NCBI GenBank assembly: GCA_038087875.1
Contig: CM076001.1
Span: 870,001-934,000 of the forward strand
Reading direction: 5' to 3'
DNA length: 64,000 nucleotides
Source of the DNA: Malacoraja senta
Lineage: Eukaryota
The notes below the pieces were generated by a model that saw only the letters and a list, made by a program, of their open reading frames with translations, did no database searches and was not told the DNA's origin. Both the position numbers and the translations under genes were made by a program. Each line of letters opens with the position of its first letter. Position 1 is the stretch's first letter. Of this stretch, positions 22,400-35,700 are shown in pieces.

Positions 22400-25250
22400 T
22401 TACACCTGTTTTGCACCATACGTTTCCAAAAAGACGACAAATGGAGACCAACTCGTTATGAATTGGTCAAATTTATCTATTAGGAGGAATCGCATTTCCT
22501 CAAGATGTGCGGTATCCAACATACTTGCAATCCACATTTGGAGCGTTGGTATTGGTGTATTTTTCCAAAATTTCAATATTAATTTTTTTGCTATTATTAA
22601 ACCATAATTAAAAATTGACTTTTGAGATGAGCTCAATTTGTTCCCGTCTTCCATTACCCCAAATATAATCAATTCATTATTGGGTTCCATTTTTGTCTTA
22701 AATAGTTTTGTAAATATTTCGAAAATATCACTCCAAAATCCATGAAGTTTTATACAAGAAACAAAAGAGTGTGTTATAGTTGCTTCTTGGGTTAAACATT
22801 TATCGCAAATGGGCGATATATTTGGATAAAATTTATTTAATCTTGTTTTTGAGTAATATAATCTATGTAAAATTTTAAATTGGATTAGATTATGTCTTGT
22901 GTTAATCGAACACTTGTGAATGTATTAAAGAAGGAACTGCAGATGCTGGAAAATCGAAGGTACACAAAAATGCTGGAGAAACTCAGCGGGTGCAGCAGCA
23001 TCTATGGAGCGAAGGAAATAGGTAACGTTTCGGGCCGAAACCCTTCTTCAGACTGATAGGGGGTGGGGAGAAGAAAGGAAAAAGGTTCCCGAAACATTAC
23101 CTATTTCCTTCGCTCCATAGATGCTGCTGCACCCGCTGAGTTTCTCCAGCATTTTTGTGTACTTGTGAATGTTTGTCAAATACTTTTCCCATGTAGCCTT
23201 CGTAATTTTTATCAATAATTCCCGTTCCCACTCTTCTCTAATTACCTCGGTCACAGGTAAATCTATATTTAAGATACTATTATATAAATATGATATTAAT
23301 TTTTGTGTATCAGCTTTTATATTCATTACTTCTTCTAGTAAATCAGGAGTTATTTTTTGATATCCCTGTATGTATATCTTCAAAAAATTACAAATCTGAA
23401 AATATTTAAAATAATGAGTGCTTTTCAGTTTAAATTTTAATTGTAATTGTTGAAATGATAATTAATCTCCCATTTCATACATATCCCCGATCCTTTTAAT
23501 TCCTAAACTTTCCCATTGATTATATATTTTATCCATCATAGATGGTTTAAATAAAGGATTATTCGCTATCGGTGTTAACAATGATAGGTTTCTTAATTTT
23601 AAGGATAGTTTTATTTGTTTCCATATTCTTATTGTATCTTGTATAATTGGGTTTTTCTTATATATTGTATTGTTCATTTTTTTCGGGGAGAAGAGGATTG
23701 TTCCTATATTACCAGGATAACAATCCTCTTTCTCCATTTTTATCCATTCTTCCTGTTGAGTTGATCTATCCAACCAGTAAATTATATTCTTAATATGTAT
23801 TGCCCAATAGTAATACAAAAAATTAGGGAGTGAAAGTCCCCCGACATCTTTTGGTTTACATAAGTGTTCTTTTTTAATTCTATGTGATTTGTAATCCCAA
23901 ACAAAATTAGTAATATTAGCGTTCAGTTTAGTAAAAAAATATTTTGGTACATATACTGGTATAGATTGAAATAGGTATAATAACTGTGGTAGGAAGCTCA
24001 TTTTAATAGCATTTATTCTGCCTATTAATGATGAAGGGAGTGTTTTCCAAAATTTTACCATTATATTAAGTTTATTTATTAAGGGTATAAAATTAGCATT
24101 GAATAAAGCTTTATGTTTTCTAGTAATCTGTATACCCAGATATTTGAATTTTTCTGTTGCTATTTTAAAGGGGAATTTCAATAAGTGTGTGGATTCTTGA
24201 GGTTTTAACGTCATAATTTCACTTTTGTTCCAGTTTATTCTATATCCTGAAAAGGACCCAAATTCCTCTATTAAATTTAATAAATTTGGTATGCTCGTTT
24301 GTGAATTTGTTATATATAACAAAATATCGTCTGCATACAATGAAATTTTATTATTTGAGTCCCTAGTATTATAACCCTGAATATTCGGGTGGCTTCTTAT
24401 ACTTTCAGCCAGAGGTTCTATCATAAGGGCAAATAGCAGGGGTGATAAAGCACATCCCTGCCTATTACCCCTTGATAATTGACATTTTTGAGATAACATG
24501 CTGTTAGTTAATATTCTTGCCATCGGTTTATCATATAATAATTTCACCCATGCAATAAAATTCTCTCCCATATTAAATTTTTGTAATACTATGTATAAAT
24601 ACTGCCATTCTACCTGATCAAATGCTTTCTCTGCGTCCAAAGAAATAATTGCTAAGTCTTTTTCTTCCTTTTTATGTGAGTACATTATATTAAACAGGCG
24701 TCTCAAATTATTAAATGAATATCTTTTGGGTATAAACCCCGTTTGATCAGGGTTTATCAATTTACTAATATATTTGCTTAATCTTCTAGCTAAAGTCTTT
24801 GCTAGAATTTACTGGTCAGTATTTAAAAGTGATATAGCTCTATATGAGCCCGGTTCCTCTAGATCTTTATCTTTCTTTGGAATAAGCGTAATAGTTGATT
24901 CTGCTAATGTTTCAGGTAATTTATTTTCTTTAAAAACGTGAGTATATAAATTAAATAGATAGGGGGTCGTTATCTCATGAAACTTTTTATAAAATTCATT
25001 ACTAAAACCATCTGGTCCCGGTGTCTTACCATTTTTCAGCAATTTTATTGTTTCACCTATTTCTTCGATTGTAATTTGCGCTCCTAGTTCTTCTTGTTCC
25101 AAAAGGTCAAGTTTTGGTAGATTACATTTATCTAAAAAGTTTGTAATTTTACTATCTTCTGTTTTGGTTTTTGATGTGTATAAAGTCTGATAAAATTGAA
25201 CAAATCTTTTATTGATATCTTTAGGTAGTGTTAGTAATTCACCATTCTCG
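22400..25250 (-). pseudogene. L1 ORF2 (RT and C-terminal domain), disrupted
   Basis: KTPGPDGF, YRAISLLNTD, QTGFI, SLDAEKAFD, GNRQGCALSPLLF and LYADD motifs; in-frame stop at 24809-24811, break near 23462, PLE insertion at 22924-23160. Confidence 0.92.
22924..23160. mobile_element. Young hairpin PLE terminal element inserted in L1 ORF2
   Basis: 12-bp TSD ACTTGTGAATGT (22912-22923, 23161-23172); inverted arms; intact hammerhead-like core on the minus strand near 23024-23051. Confidence 0.9.
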
Positions 25251-25319
25251 GAATTCTTATACTTCTAATGATGCACAAGGAGACATTCAGCCCATTGAGC
25301 TATTGTGGGTCCTAGGGGA

Positions 25320-25685
25320 ACTGGCCTGGATATAGTGGATGTGGAGAGGATGTTTCCACTATTGGGAGAGTCTAGAACTAGAGGTCATAGCCTCCGAATT
25401 AAAGGACGTTCCTTTAGGAAGGAGATGAGGAGGTATTTCTTTAGTCAGAGGATGGTGAATCAGTGGAATTCATTGCCACTGAAGGCTGTGGAGGCCAAGT
25501 CAATGGATATTTTCAAGGCAGAGATAGATAGATTCGTGATTAGAATGGATGTCTGGGGTTATGGGAAAGGGCAGGAGAATGGGGTTAGGAGAGATAGATC
25601 AGCCATGATTGAATGGTGAAGTAGACTTGATGGGCTGAATGACCTAATTCTGCACCTATCATATGAATTTATAAACTTATGAACT
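25320..25685 (+). mobile_element. CR1 3' fragment
   Basis: [31 protein letters not shown]...WNSLP. Confidence 0.85.
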
Positions 25686-25787
25686 ATCCCTTGATTCCCA
25701 TTCTATCTCTCCTTAATTCCCAACGCATGCAACTTATTTTCTCTCACATGCACCTGTCAATTCCCCCTTAATTCTTCTTGTCATTAA

Positions 25788-25943
25788 AGGGCCTGTCCCT
25801 CTTACGCGATTTTTTTCGGCGACTTGCCGGCACCCGTCATAGTCGCAGCAGGTTGCCAAAATTTTTCAAAATGTTGAAAATCCAGCGGCGGCCAGAAAAA
25901 GGTATGACTCTTTGGGTGACTACTCACAACCATACAGGCGACA
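25788..25943. mobile_element. Truncated Harbinger-type MITE (one end only)
   Basis: TAA|AGGGCCTGTCCCTCTTACGCG; CpG-rich interior resembling 41030-41724; no second TIR. Confidence 0.7.
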
Positions 25944-26898
25944 TGACCCTTAACCTGTTATTCTGTTCACAGAGGACCCTTGATATTAGGTATTAAAAGC
26001 TCTCGCACTGCGATATGCATTATCTTGCCTAATACTGGGGTTACTGAACATTTCCATCTTGTACAACATATCTGCATCTGGAAGTAAAGGTTTTGTAGAC
26101 ACAAGTGGCTGCAGATGCTGGTATCTTTAGGCAAAAACCAAACTGCTGGAGGAACTCTGTGGGTCAGGCAGCATCCGGGAAATGGACATTCATTTCCCTC
26201 CACTAATGCTGCCTGACCCGCTGAGATCCTGCAGCAGTTTTTTTTTTCCTTTAGTAACATTTTCTGTTTGGTTGAGGTTCATAGGGGACGCTTATTTTCC
26301 AGCCAAATCAACAGAGAAATCTCCTGGACAATGCTTTAAAAGGGGCAACGTGACATTATTATCTGATGATCATAGAGACCACAGCTAAAGATCAGATTTT
26401 ACTCCCCGACTATCCGCCTGGGTCCTAGTGTCTGAATAGTGATGAAGCCAACACTGAGTCCATGTCTTGAGGAAGTGCTCAGATGCCACACAATATTGAG
26501 TCCTGTTCTTACCTGTAGAGATAAAGAGATACAGAACAGAAACCGTCCCTTAGGTCCACTGAGTCCACACCAACCATCAAGCACCCATGTTATTCCCATC
26601 TATTAAACCCGGTTTCTAATGTACTATGCTTACATATTCTGTTGTGCTCCTGCAGGTAAGAATTCCATTGTTCTATCTGGCACATATGACAATAAAACAC
26701 TCTTGATTAACTTGTCAAGAGAGTAAAGAGTCAAGAGTGTTTTATTGTCATATGTCCCAGATAGAACAATGACATTCTTACATGCAGCAGCACAACAGAA
26801 TATGTAAACATAGTACATTGTAAACAATATAATAAACGAGAGAGAAAAAAAAGTTCAGTGTTAATATATACACATACCCACAAATAGACATATATATA

Positions 26899-27935
26899 TC
26901 TATATATTACTAAAACTCTCATTTTGTTTGTTTATGTGTGTGTGCGTGATATTCCAAAACCCTGCCAAAATGATACACGATAATGCTACAATCTTTGGCC
27001 CACCTTACTCACCATTGTCCTGTGATGTAAAAGAAACAAGCTTCGTTCAGATTGATGTTATATTTTACAAGTTATTGACATTTTAAACTTTATAAAAAAC
27101 ACTTTTCAAACCACTTTTCCACTTGCCCTGCCCGTCAGCCACGTTTGATGTCACAATGACATCACAATGGGATCCCGAATCTCATTTACATCGAAAATCG
27201 GGATTTTTCAAATTAAATCTTTTTTAATCCAATTCTTCCGTTTTCATTATCAGCTAACATTGTGTTTAGGTTATTTTAAAGAAAAAACACGATTTTCATT
27301 GAGAGTTTCATTTAAAAAAAAACATCACAATTTTCATTGTGGGGGTGGGAGGTTTCATTAAAAAAAATCGTGATTTTCATTGTGGGGGGGGGGTGGGGGA
27401 GCAGGGGGATAGAGGGAGAGGAGGGGAGTAGGGAGAGGAGAGGAGAAGGAGGGGAAAGTGGGGAAGGTGATCAGGGAGAGTGGGGGAGGAGGGGGGATAG
27501 AAGGAGAGGAGGGGGGGAGGTAGGGATTGGAGGATAGAGGGAGAGGAGGGCAGTGGGGGAGGTGAGGAGGGAGAGTGGGGGTGGGATAGGGGGAAGTGAG
27601 GAGTGGGGGAGCAGGGAGATAGAGGGAGAGGAGGGGGTAGGGAGGGGAGAGAGGTAATGGAGAGAGGGAGGGAGTGACTGAGGGCAGGGGAAAGGAGAGG
27701 GATGGAGAGGTGAGGGATGGAGTGGGGGAGTGCAGGAGGAGAGGGGAAAGAAGAGGGAGGGTGAAGAGGGGGGGAAAGAGTGCTGGGGATGAGGGGGAAT
27801 GGAGGAGGATAGGGGTTGGAAGAGGGATGGTGAGGTGCAGTTGGGGGAGGGTTGCCATGACTCACGTCACAACGGGGATCTCTGGCGTCACAACGGGAAC
27901 CCCTCAGGCAACGATTCATTATTAGGCAACGATTC
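26899..27935 (+). mobile_element. Non-autonomous Helitron-like element with G/A-rich tract (27380-27850)
   Basis: A|TCTATATATTACTAAAACTCTCATTTTGTTTG start homologous to 2852 and 4069; same purine tract; canonical CTAG end not seen. Confidence 0.6.
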
Positions 27936-28502
27936 AGTAAATACCTTTGATGGTGGGGCGGTCAGAGACGGTGATGAACTGGGCAGTGTTCACAAGTTTT
28001 TGCAGTCTTCTTCACTCCTGGGCATTCAAGTTGCTGAACCAGGCTGTGATGGTCAGCCATGATCACATTGAATGGCGGTGCTGGCTCGAAGGGCCGAATG
28101 GCCTACTCCTGCACCTATTGTCTATTGTCTATAAACCTGTAGACTTTGAGTACCAAAAATACAAGGATCCTCCTGATGTTGATGCACTATTTAAATAATC
28201 CAAACACAAATATTCCTCTGCTGACCAGTGGAGAAATAAGTGTATTCCTCTTCAGAATAAAAATCCATGTTTGCTCGGAAGATAGGGACCACTCCTGTCG
28301 GAAGTTCATTGGAGGCGAATGTCCCAGCACCATCATGTGGCATAAACACTCTATTCTGAACTTGGGTACAACTCTGGTGACCCACACATTTCTTCTCTCC
28401 AGAGATGCTGCCTGTCCCGCTGAGTTACTCCAGCATTTTGTGTCTATCTTCTGGTACACACACATTGGAAAATATTCAAGGATATGTTCAAAGAAGAGCA
28501 AC

Positions 28503-28953
28503 TGTAGAAGCTATTTAGCTTAACTCAGTATGTTATAACTATAACCAGTTACCTTTAAATTTTATCTGCCTGTAATTATGTGGGTGGGATATATACGTAG
28601 TCTGAGGCGTGTTTGCGGCTGGGATTCTCGCGCAGACGTGCTAGTAGATTTTAGTTTAGTTTGAAGAAGCATGGGGGAGAGGTCGCAGCTTTCGACCATG
28701 CACGGGTTTGACCACGAGTAAGATCAAAATGTACTTATACAAGAAGAAGTTTGGATGAATATCTTACTGTTTTTACTACGACAATAAAGAAACTATTAAT
28801 TAAGAGACTGTGTTTGGAAGATTTACCTTTTGACGGCATTGAATGTCTCGTGGAGAGCTCGTGAGTGCGTTTCGATTATCTCCTGAACCCCTGTCTTCAA
28901 TCATAGTGACTAAACGAAAGATTCCTTGAATGATATGAAAATCTGTCACTACA
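28503..28953 (+). mobile_element. Possible solo LTR
   Basis: TGTAG...CTACA termini, 451 bp, TATA-like GATATATAC, AATAAA at 28783, CpG retained; no clean TSD. Confidence 0.4.
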
Positions 28954-29289
28954 CCCACCACCCCCAACTCCTGTCAATTCCTGAACAACGATCACACAAA
29001 GTGGAGAAGGAACATTTGGGATGGTATTAAAAGCAATGGAAGAAATGGAGCATCTTATAAACTACCCACGCACCTGCCTGTCAGACACTTTGTGCCCAAT
29101 CTGTGATTACCGCATCGAACCACAGAGTCGTACGGTGCAGAAACGGAACCATTGGGCCATCACATCCGTGCCGATACAGTAACCCATTTGCCTGCATTAA
29201 GTCAGTATCCTTCCATACCTTACCTATTATGCTGCCATTTTAATGTATTTTAAATGTAGTAGTTGTATCGTTTCCCCTGGTAGCACATT

Positions 29290-31829
29290 CCAGTTGGACC
29301 CTCTCCCACTAACTCCTCCCAAATCTTCACTTCACACCTACTCACAGCCTGACTCCAGTCTGCAAAGACTGGGCCCTCATCCACTACCCACCCACTCCTT
29401 ACTGCCCAACATCAGTCTGGCCATTTCTCCATCACCAACAATAGAAATAGAGGAGGTGGAGGGGCTATTCAGAAGACAGAAAAGCCAGAAATCTCCAGGA
29501 CCGGACAATCTTTCCCCTCTACCCTCAAGCTCTGTGCCGAACAACTGGCACCAGTCCACAGATATTTTCAATCAGTCCCTGCAAACCTGCACTGTCCCTG
29601 CCTGCTTCAAAGCCTTTCCGAGTGGTGGCGCCATCGAGTGTGGCTGCCTAGCCTGCAGCTGTCTGTCCTTTCATTCTTTTTGTTATTTTTTTGTCTTTTT
29701 TAATGTTTGTTTTGGAGATCTTTTAGTCTTTTTTACATGGGGGGAGGGGGAAACTGTTTTCTTGGTCACTTCCTGGTCGAGGATGCGACTATTCTCCGAG
29801 CCGCATCTTCGCCCCCCTCATTGCGACGTACCACCTGGATTGGCGCGGCCTTTCCTGCCGGAGGCCGGCCAGAGCCTCAGCTTCAGCAGCGGCGGCGCAG
29901 CACTGGATTTCATCGTGGAGCGAGCAATGCCTTACCGAGGTCGCCGTGTTGGAGCTCCGGAGCACTGGGACTACCGACTTTGAACACCGTGGAGCTGTAG
30001 TCTGCGGAGCTTCCAGCCGCTGGCGGTGCTGATGCTGACTTTAACATCGCGGAGCCTGGGATCTCTCGCCGAGGTCGCCAGCGTTGAATCTCTGCCCAGC
30101 TCGGCCTATGGACTTCGGACGCTGTGGTCGATAGGAAGCGGCTGATTCGGAGGCTCCGGGCCGCTGAGAGTGTTCGAAGACTTGAAACATCGGGCCCGTA
30201 GCGGTGACTGCGGAGGCCTCATTAGGCCCCGACCACGGGTGAACTGAGGAAGAGGTCTGAACTTTGGTGCCTTCACTCACAGTGGGAAATGTTGATTCTG
30301 CTGTGGGGGGATGTTTTTTATGTTTTATGTTACATTCTAAAGTGCTATGTCTATCTTATTTGTGTGCTGCATGGTAACTCAAATTTCACTGCACCAATTG
30401 GTGTATGTGACAATAAATGTCCTTTGTCCTTTGTCCACTATTGTTCCTGTACCCAAAATGCCAAGGATTACTGATCTTAATGACTACAGGCCTGTCGCAC
30501 TGACCTCTGTAATCATGAAAACCCTTGAATGATTTGTGCTGGCCCACCTGAAAAATATCACAAACCCCCTGCTGGACCGGGCCAATAGATCAGTGGATGA
30601 TGCAGTCAACCTAGGCCTGCACTTCATCCTCCAGCACCTAGACTGCCAGAGGACCTTTGCAAGGGTTTTGTTTGTGGATTTTAGCTCTGCATTCAACACC
30701 AGAGCTACTACACTCCAAACCCTCCCATTTGACTGTGCCTGAACCCTTCTGTCAGCAGATCACCAACTTCCTGACAGACAGGAAGCAGCAAGTGAGGGTG
30801 GGGAAAGTACTTCTCGGACCCGCTGACCCTGAGCATAGGAGCCCCACCAGGCTGCGTACTCTCCCTTCCCCTTTACTCTCTCCACACCAACGACTGCACC
30901 TCCAAAGACTCCTCTGTCAAGCTTCTCAAGTTTGCGGATGACACAACCCTGATTGGACTGATCCAGGATGGGGAGGAATCTGCCGACAGACAGGAAGTGA
31001 CACAGCTGGCGTCCTGGTGCTATAGCAACAACCTGGAGCTCAATGCTCTTAAGACAGTGGAATTGATTGTAGACTTTAGGAGAGCTTCCTCCTTTCCCTC
31101 CCCCCACTCACCATCAAAAACACCACAGTCTCATCTGTGGAGTCCTTTAAGTTCCTTGGAACCATCATCTCCAAGGACCTTAAATGGGGGACTACCATCG
31201 ACTCCACAGTCAAAAAGGCCCAACAGAGGATGTACTTCCTGCGGCAGCTGAGGAAACACAATCTCCCACAGGCAATGATGGTTCAATTCTATACTGCCAT
31301 CGTAGAGTCTGTCCTCACCTGCTCCATCATGGTCTGGTTTGGCTTAGCCACCAAGCACGACATCCGGAGGCTGCAGCGAATCATTCGATCAGCTGAGAAG
31401 GTTGTTGGCTGCAACCTTCCCCCCATTGATGAACTGTACACTGCAAGGGCCAGGAAGTGAGCGGGTAAGATCATCTCTGACCCCTCTCACCCTGGCCACA
31501 AACTCTCTGAAGCACTTCCCTCTGGAAGGCAACTCCGGACCGTCAAAGCTACCACAGCCAGACATAAAAGCAGCTTTTTTTCCCACGAGCAGTAGCTCTG
31601 CTCAATAACCAAAAGTCTGGAGCCTCCTTTTGCTCTGGTATTTTATTTCATTCACATGTTTAAACCATAATGTTTTATTCTTAATGTTTTAATGTTTGAT
31701 GCTTTATTCTTAATGGTTTACTGTATGTCGTGTTGTTACTTGCGAGCAGAGCACCAAGGCAAATTCCTTGTATGTGTACATACTTGGCCAATAAACATTC
31801 ATTCATTCATTCATTCATTCATTCATTCA
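29290..31829 (+). mobile_element. Rex1/Babar-like LINE, 5'-truncated and frameshifted, interrupted at 29616-30433
   Basis: [71 protein letters not shown] plus (ATTC)n tail. Confidence 0.88.
29616..30433 (+). mobile_element. Non-autonomous retroposon with GC-rich core and (TGTCCTT)n tail
   Basis: Splits [12 protein letters not shown] of the host LINE; ends GTGACAATAAATGTCCTTTGTCCTTTG. Confidence 0.75.
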
Positions 31830-31849
31830 GTTATCACCTACTCTGCATG

Positions 31850-32100
31850 CAAAAAACATATCCCTTAGACCCCATTTAAAACTCCTTCCTCTCATTCTAA
31901 ACCTTTTGATACTCCTATCTTGGAAAAAATAATTTGACTGCCTATCGAATTGCCTCTCATAATCTGATTTACTCCTATCAGGTCACCCAACAGCCTTCTT
32001 TGCACAAGGGAAGGCAAACCTAGCTTATCCGATCTCTCCCCATAATAAAACTCTTCCAATCCAGGCAACATCCTGGTAAAGCTTCTCCACATTCTCTTCA
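31850..32100 (-). mobile_element. Degenerate CR1 fragment
   Basis: RSFTRMLPGLEEFYYGERSDKLGL. Confidence 0.75.
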
Positions 32101-32382
32101 GCACAATTACAATCATTATCCTTACTGGTCATCTCTGAACCTGCAGAAACTGAGTGGGAACAAGTCATCCTTAATCGCAAGAAAAGGCCCAGGAAAAGTA
32201 ATACACAGTTCCATCAGATGATAAGGGATGAAGTAAGTAGTCCAGCACTGATAATAAATTACTTCCTTTAATCTGCCAGGAATCAGATAGTCCAAAAATA
32301 CATAATACAAGCTTACTACTTTTTGGGATGTATGAGTGGCCTTAACTCTGGAATGTGGTCAACTGAAACAGTAGCAAGTAAT

Positions 32383-32477
32383 TAACAATAGCAATAGCAA
32401 TGAAATTCCTCGTATGTTGCAAAACATACTTGGCTAATAAAGTATTATTGTATTGTATTGTATTGTAGTGTAATTTA
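32383..32477 (+). mobile_element. Short LINE tail insertion with (TATTG)n
   Basis: AATAAA plus (TATTG)n; flanking direct repeat TAGCAAGTAAT (32372-32382, 32478-32488). Confidence 0.65.
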
Positions 32478-32509
32478 TAGCAAGTAATAGAAAATCTTAG
32501 CTAACAATG

Positions 32510-32700
32510 ATCTATTTTCCTTCATCCCCATTGTCTTTGATGTCTCGTTTTCACACCTTACACTTCCTTATCTCTATGTCTACCTCTCCCCTGACTCTCA
32601 GTCTGAAGAAGGTTCTCGACCCGAAACATCACCATTCCTTCTATCCAGAGATGCTGCCTGTCCCGCTGAGCTACTCCAGCATTTTGTGCCTATCTTCAAT
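32510..32700 (+). mobile_element. PLE terminal repeat with hammerhead-like motif
   Basis: CAGTCTGAAGAAGGTTCTCGACCCGAAACATCACC. Confidence 0.8.
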
Positions 32701-35700
32701 ATAAAGTTAAAGTTTATCTTAGAGATTTCAATAGTCACTAACAACACAAATTAATGACTGGAACTGACATAAATTGAAACAAAAAATATATTTTAAATTA
32801 CAGGTAATTGACTGGTTTTAATGGTTTTCTGTTCTTTTAAAAATGTATTCAGTGCACTTTAATGGTTAGGCAGTTGTTTTGACTGAGTGTAAAACATCAA
32901 CGGATACATTGAGTAATACAAATTTCACACATAAATGCTGCTGCCATTAATGAAAACCACCTTAGATATGGAAATAATGTGTTAATTGATGTAGACCATT
33001 AAAATACAATAATTATGATGATCTAAAATGTATTAAGGAAATTAAGGTAACACAGAATTGGAAACAGAATATTTTAGAAGTAAAATGAGAATATTGTGTA
33101 TAATTCACTTTCACAAATAAAGAACAATTGTGAGATGAAAATTAGTTATTTGTGCAAAGGCCAATTGACTTCCTCCTGATTAATCAAATGTGCCGTTAAC
33201 TTGATCTTTAGTAAAATTTGAAAAACCGTTAAAACTAAGAGGATTAGTATCATATTACTGGTAAAATGCTATTTTGCTTTAGCAAAGGCTACTTTCACCC
33301 TCTGATGTAAATGTTCACCACTTTCACAGAGCCAAATAATTTTATCTAGTTTAAAATAAATACTGTTTTATTGTCCAGTTAAAGAGGATTAAAAACATAA
33401 ATCAGAAACTTAGTTCAGAAGTCCACTTTCCTAAATTCTCAACTACGGTGATAATGTTCTCTTTTCAAAGTATTGAGTACGAAGAGTTAAGGAAATATTT
33501 TATAGCCAATATAAGGTTACCTTAACAGGATCTGAAGAGATTGTGTTGAATTGCCCATTAAATGGTCATATTTAATTCCTTCACTAATCTCTCAAAAGAG
33601 ACTGAATAATGTGTTCAGTCCATTGTTTTCTCTATCAAACCCTAACTTCAGGAAAAGGATAAAGTAAGTTAAAGACTCGCAATGACCAAATCAGGTTGAT
33701 TTACTGCTAATCTCAATTAGGCCTAATTTATCTGGGTTCACTTTCAGGAGTGTTTAAATTGTATGCTGAAACTACTACATATGTACACCTGGACATGTGC
33801 AATACAATGTTTGCTATTTGATTATGATATAAAGATAATTGAAAATGAACCACATACAGTATTATGTAAAGGCACAACTCCAGTCAATACAAAATAGCCT
33901 CCAATGGATAAGCACATTAACCATGTTGATAGCAGTTAAAGATCTGATACTGTCATTCTTGCAAGCAAGCGGTTTGCAATATTAGGATCTTCTGGACTCC
34001 AATGTATTCTCTTTCTAGTCAAATGGAGACTCAAGGAACTTCAGATGCTGGTTTACAAAAAAAGACACAAAATGCTGGAGTAAATCAGCGTGTCATGCTG
34101 TATCTCTGGAGAACGGATAAGTGACATTTTGGGTCGAGTTACTCCAGCGCTTTGTGTCTCTTTCCAGTCAACCCATCTCTACCACTGACATGCACATTCC
34201 TAACACATTGCAATATTCACTTTTTCACCCTTTGACTGCACAGTAAAAAAAAGTCATTTATAATTGTGACCTTAAATATTCTTTGCTGCAGAAATATACA
34301 TTGAAATAATTAAACATAAATAAGCACCACAATGCTTTTTAGTTTAAATCTTAAAACTTAATCCAGTTTGAATTTTGCTTAGAATTTTAATCCTTTAATC
34401 TCTTTCAATCTGTTCCCAGTTATTAAACAGTTTCTTTTATATCATGTCACTAGCTGATCAATGTCTTATTCATACGGTTGACAGATGCAGTTGCCCAATA
34501 CTATGAGTAAGTTGTTTTACTGAATATACACATTATAGGCATCTTATGTATAGTAAAGTGGATCAGTCGCAATGATGAGAGGGAGGAGAAGACCTAATGA
34601 AAGCACTTGCGCATAACTCGTAGTATTTAGATAATGACGGATCGAGTACATATTTGCTACGAGCATAGAAAGCATGCCCACAGTGAGGCAACCTACGCAG
34701 AATACTCACAGAAAAATAATGTTGCTATTCCAGCATCAAAATACTGCTTCTTCTTCTGCCCACAATTTCCTCTCTAATATCCCCTAGCTGTTTTATTACT
34801 ATGGAAACCAAATCAACATTCCATAGAGTCTCAGCACATTTTTACTGTCTATAAGCTTAGACCCCAGGCCAGCAATACATATCTGTGCAAAGAGAAAAAA
34901 AGATGCTGGTAATTGAATGGGTGATGATGTATGGCTGAGATAATAAAGCCATTTACTGAGAGCATCCGGATGCTATGACTGGGCTGCGGGCATTTCTTTT
35001 TGAGGAAAAGGAAATTACTGTCAATAACCTATGTCTTCACCAGACAAGCTGTTGCACTGAACACTTGTAAATCTACTGCTGCTTCCTCTGTAACTGATCG
35101 TTTTTATTAAAAAGATGTTTTGAAACATCTACAAAAAATATTATTACCTCCTTTCCCTCTTTCTATTTGTTTTGCAGTTGTATTCTTCCACCACCAGGCA
35201 GACAACAAGGCCCCTCTTGAGAAAGGAGAGAGGCTGGAGTTCGGATACAGGAGTTCATTTTCACCGCAGAATTTCTGGGAAGGATTTCCCTCTTAGCCAG
35301 CAAAGGTTAGGTGATGTGGAACTGCATCACAAGTTAGCAATATCTCTATGGGAGCAGGAAATTGTCCTGACATATTTGCTGAGGTTTATTTTCATGAGCG
35401 AAAGCTGCCAGCCTTTGAGAAAAAGACAAAAGGATTTGGATGGAAATTGGCATGTACTGTACGGGGGTGAAAGGAAATAACTGCACATGGAGAGGAAAAG
35501 TAGCTGTAGCTTCTGCACCAGCCCAATTGCTTGGAAGATAGGGATAGGAGTGCGCATCTAGTCCCTTCTGTGGCTTAATGGTGGCTGCATTGACTACAAA
35601 CCATTATGTGACAATTGCCCTGCAAACATCTGGTGCCTTTATATTTAAAACTACGGATTAAATTATAATATACTTACTTTTGTGAAAGCAAGTTCCACTT

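Larger units (their letters stand above)
22071..25251 (-). mobile_element. 5'-truncated L1-clade LINE (3.2 kb) with TSD
   Basis: Poly(T) at the left end; 15-bp TSD AATTCTTATACTTCT (22056-22070, 25252-25266) followed by AA (TTCT/AA L1 endonuclease-type site). Confidence 0.93.

Noticed and set aside
29243..29983. 246-aa ORF
   Set aside because: Chance read-through across frameshifted Rex1-like sequence and a nested insertion.
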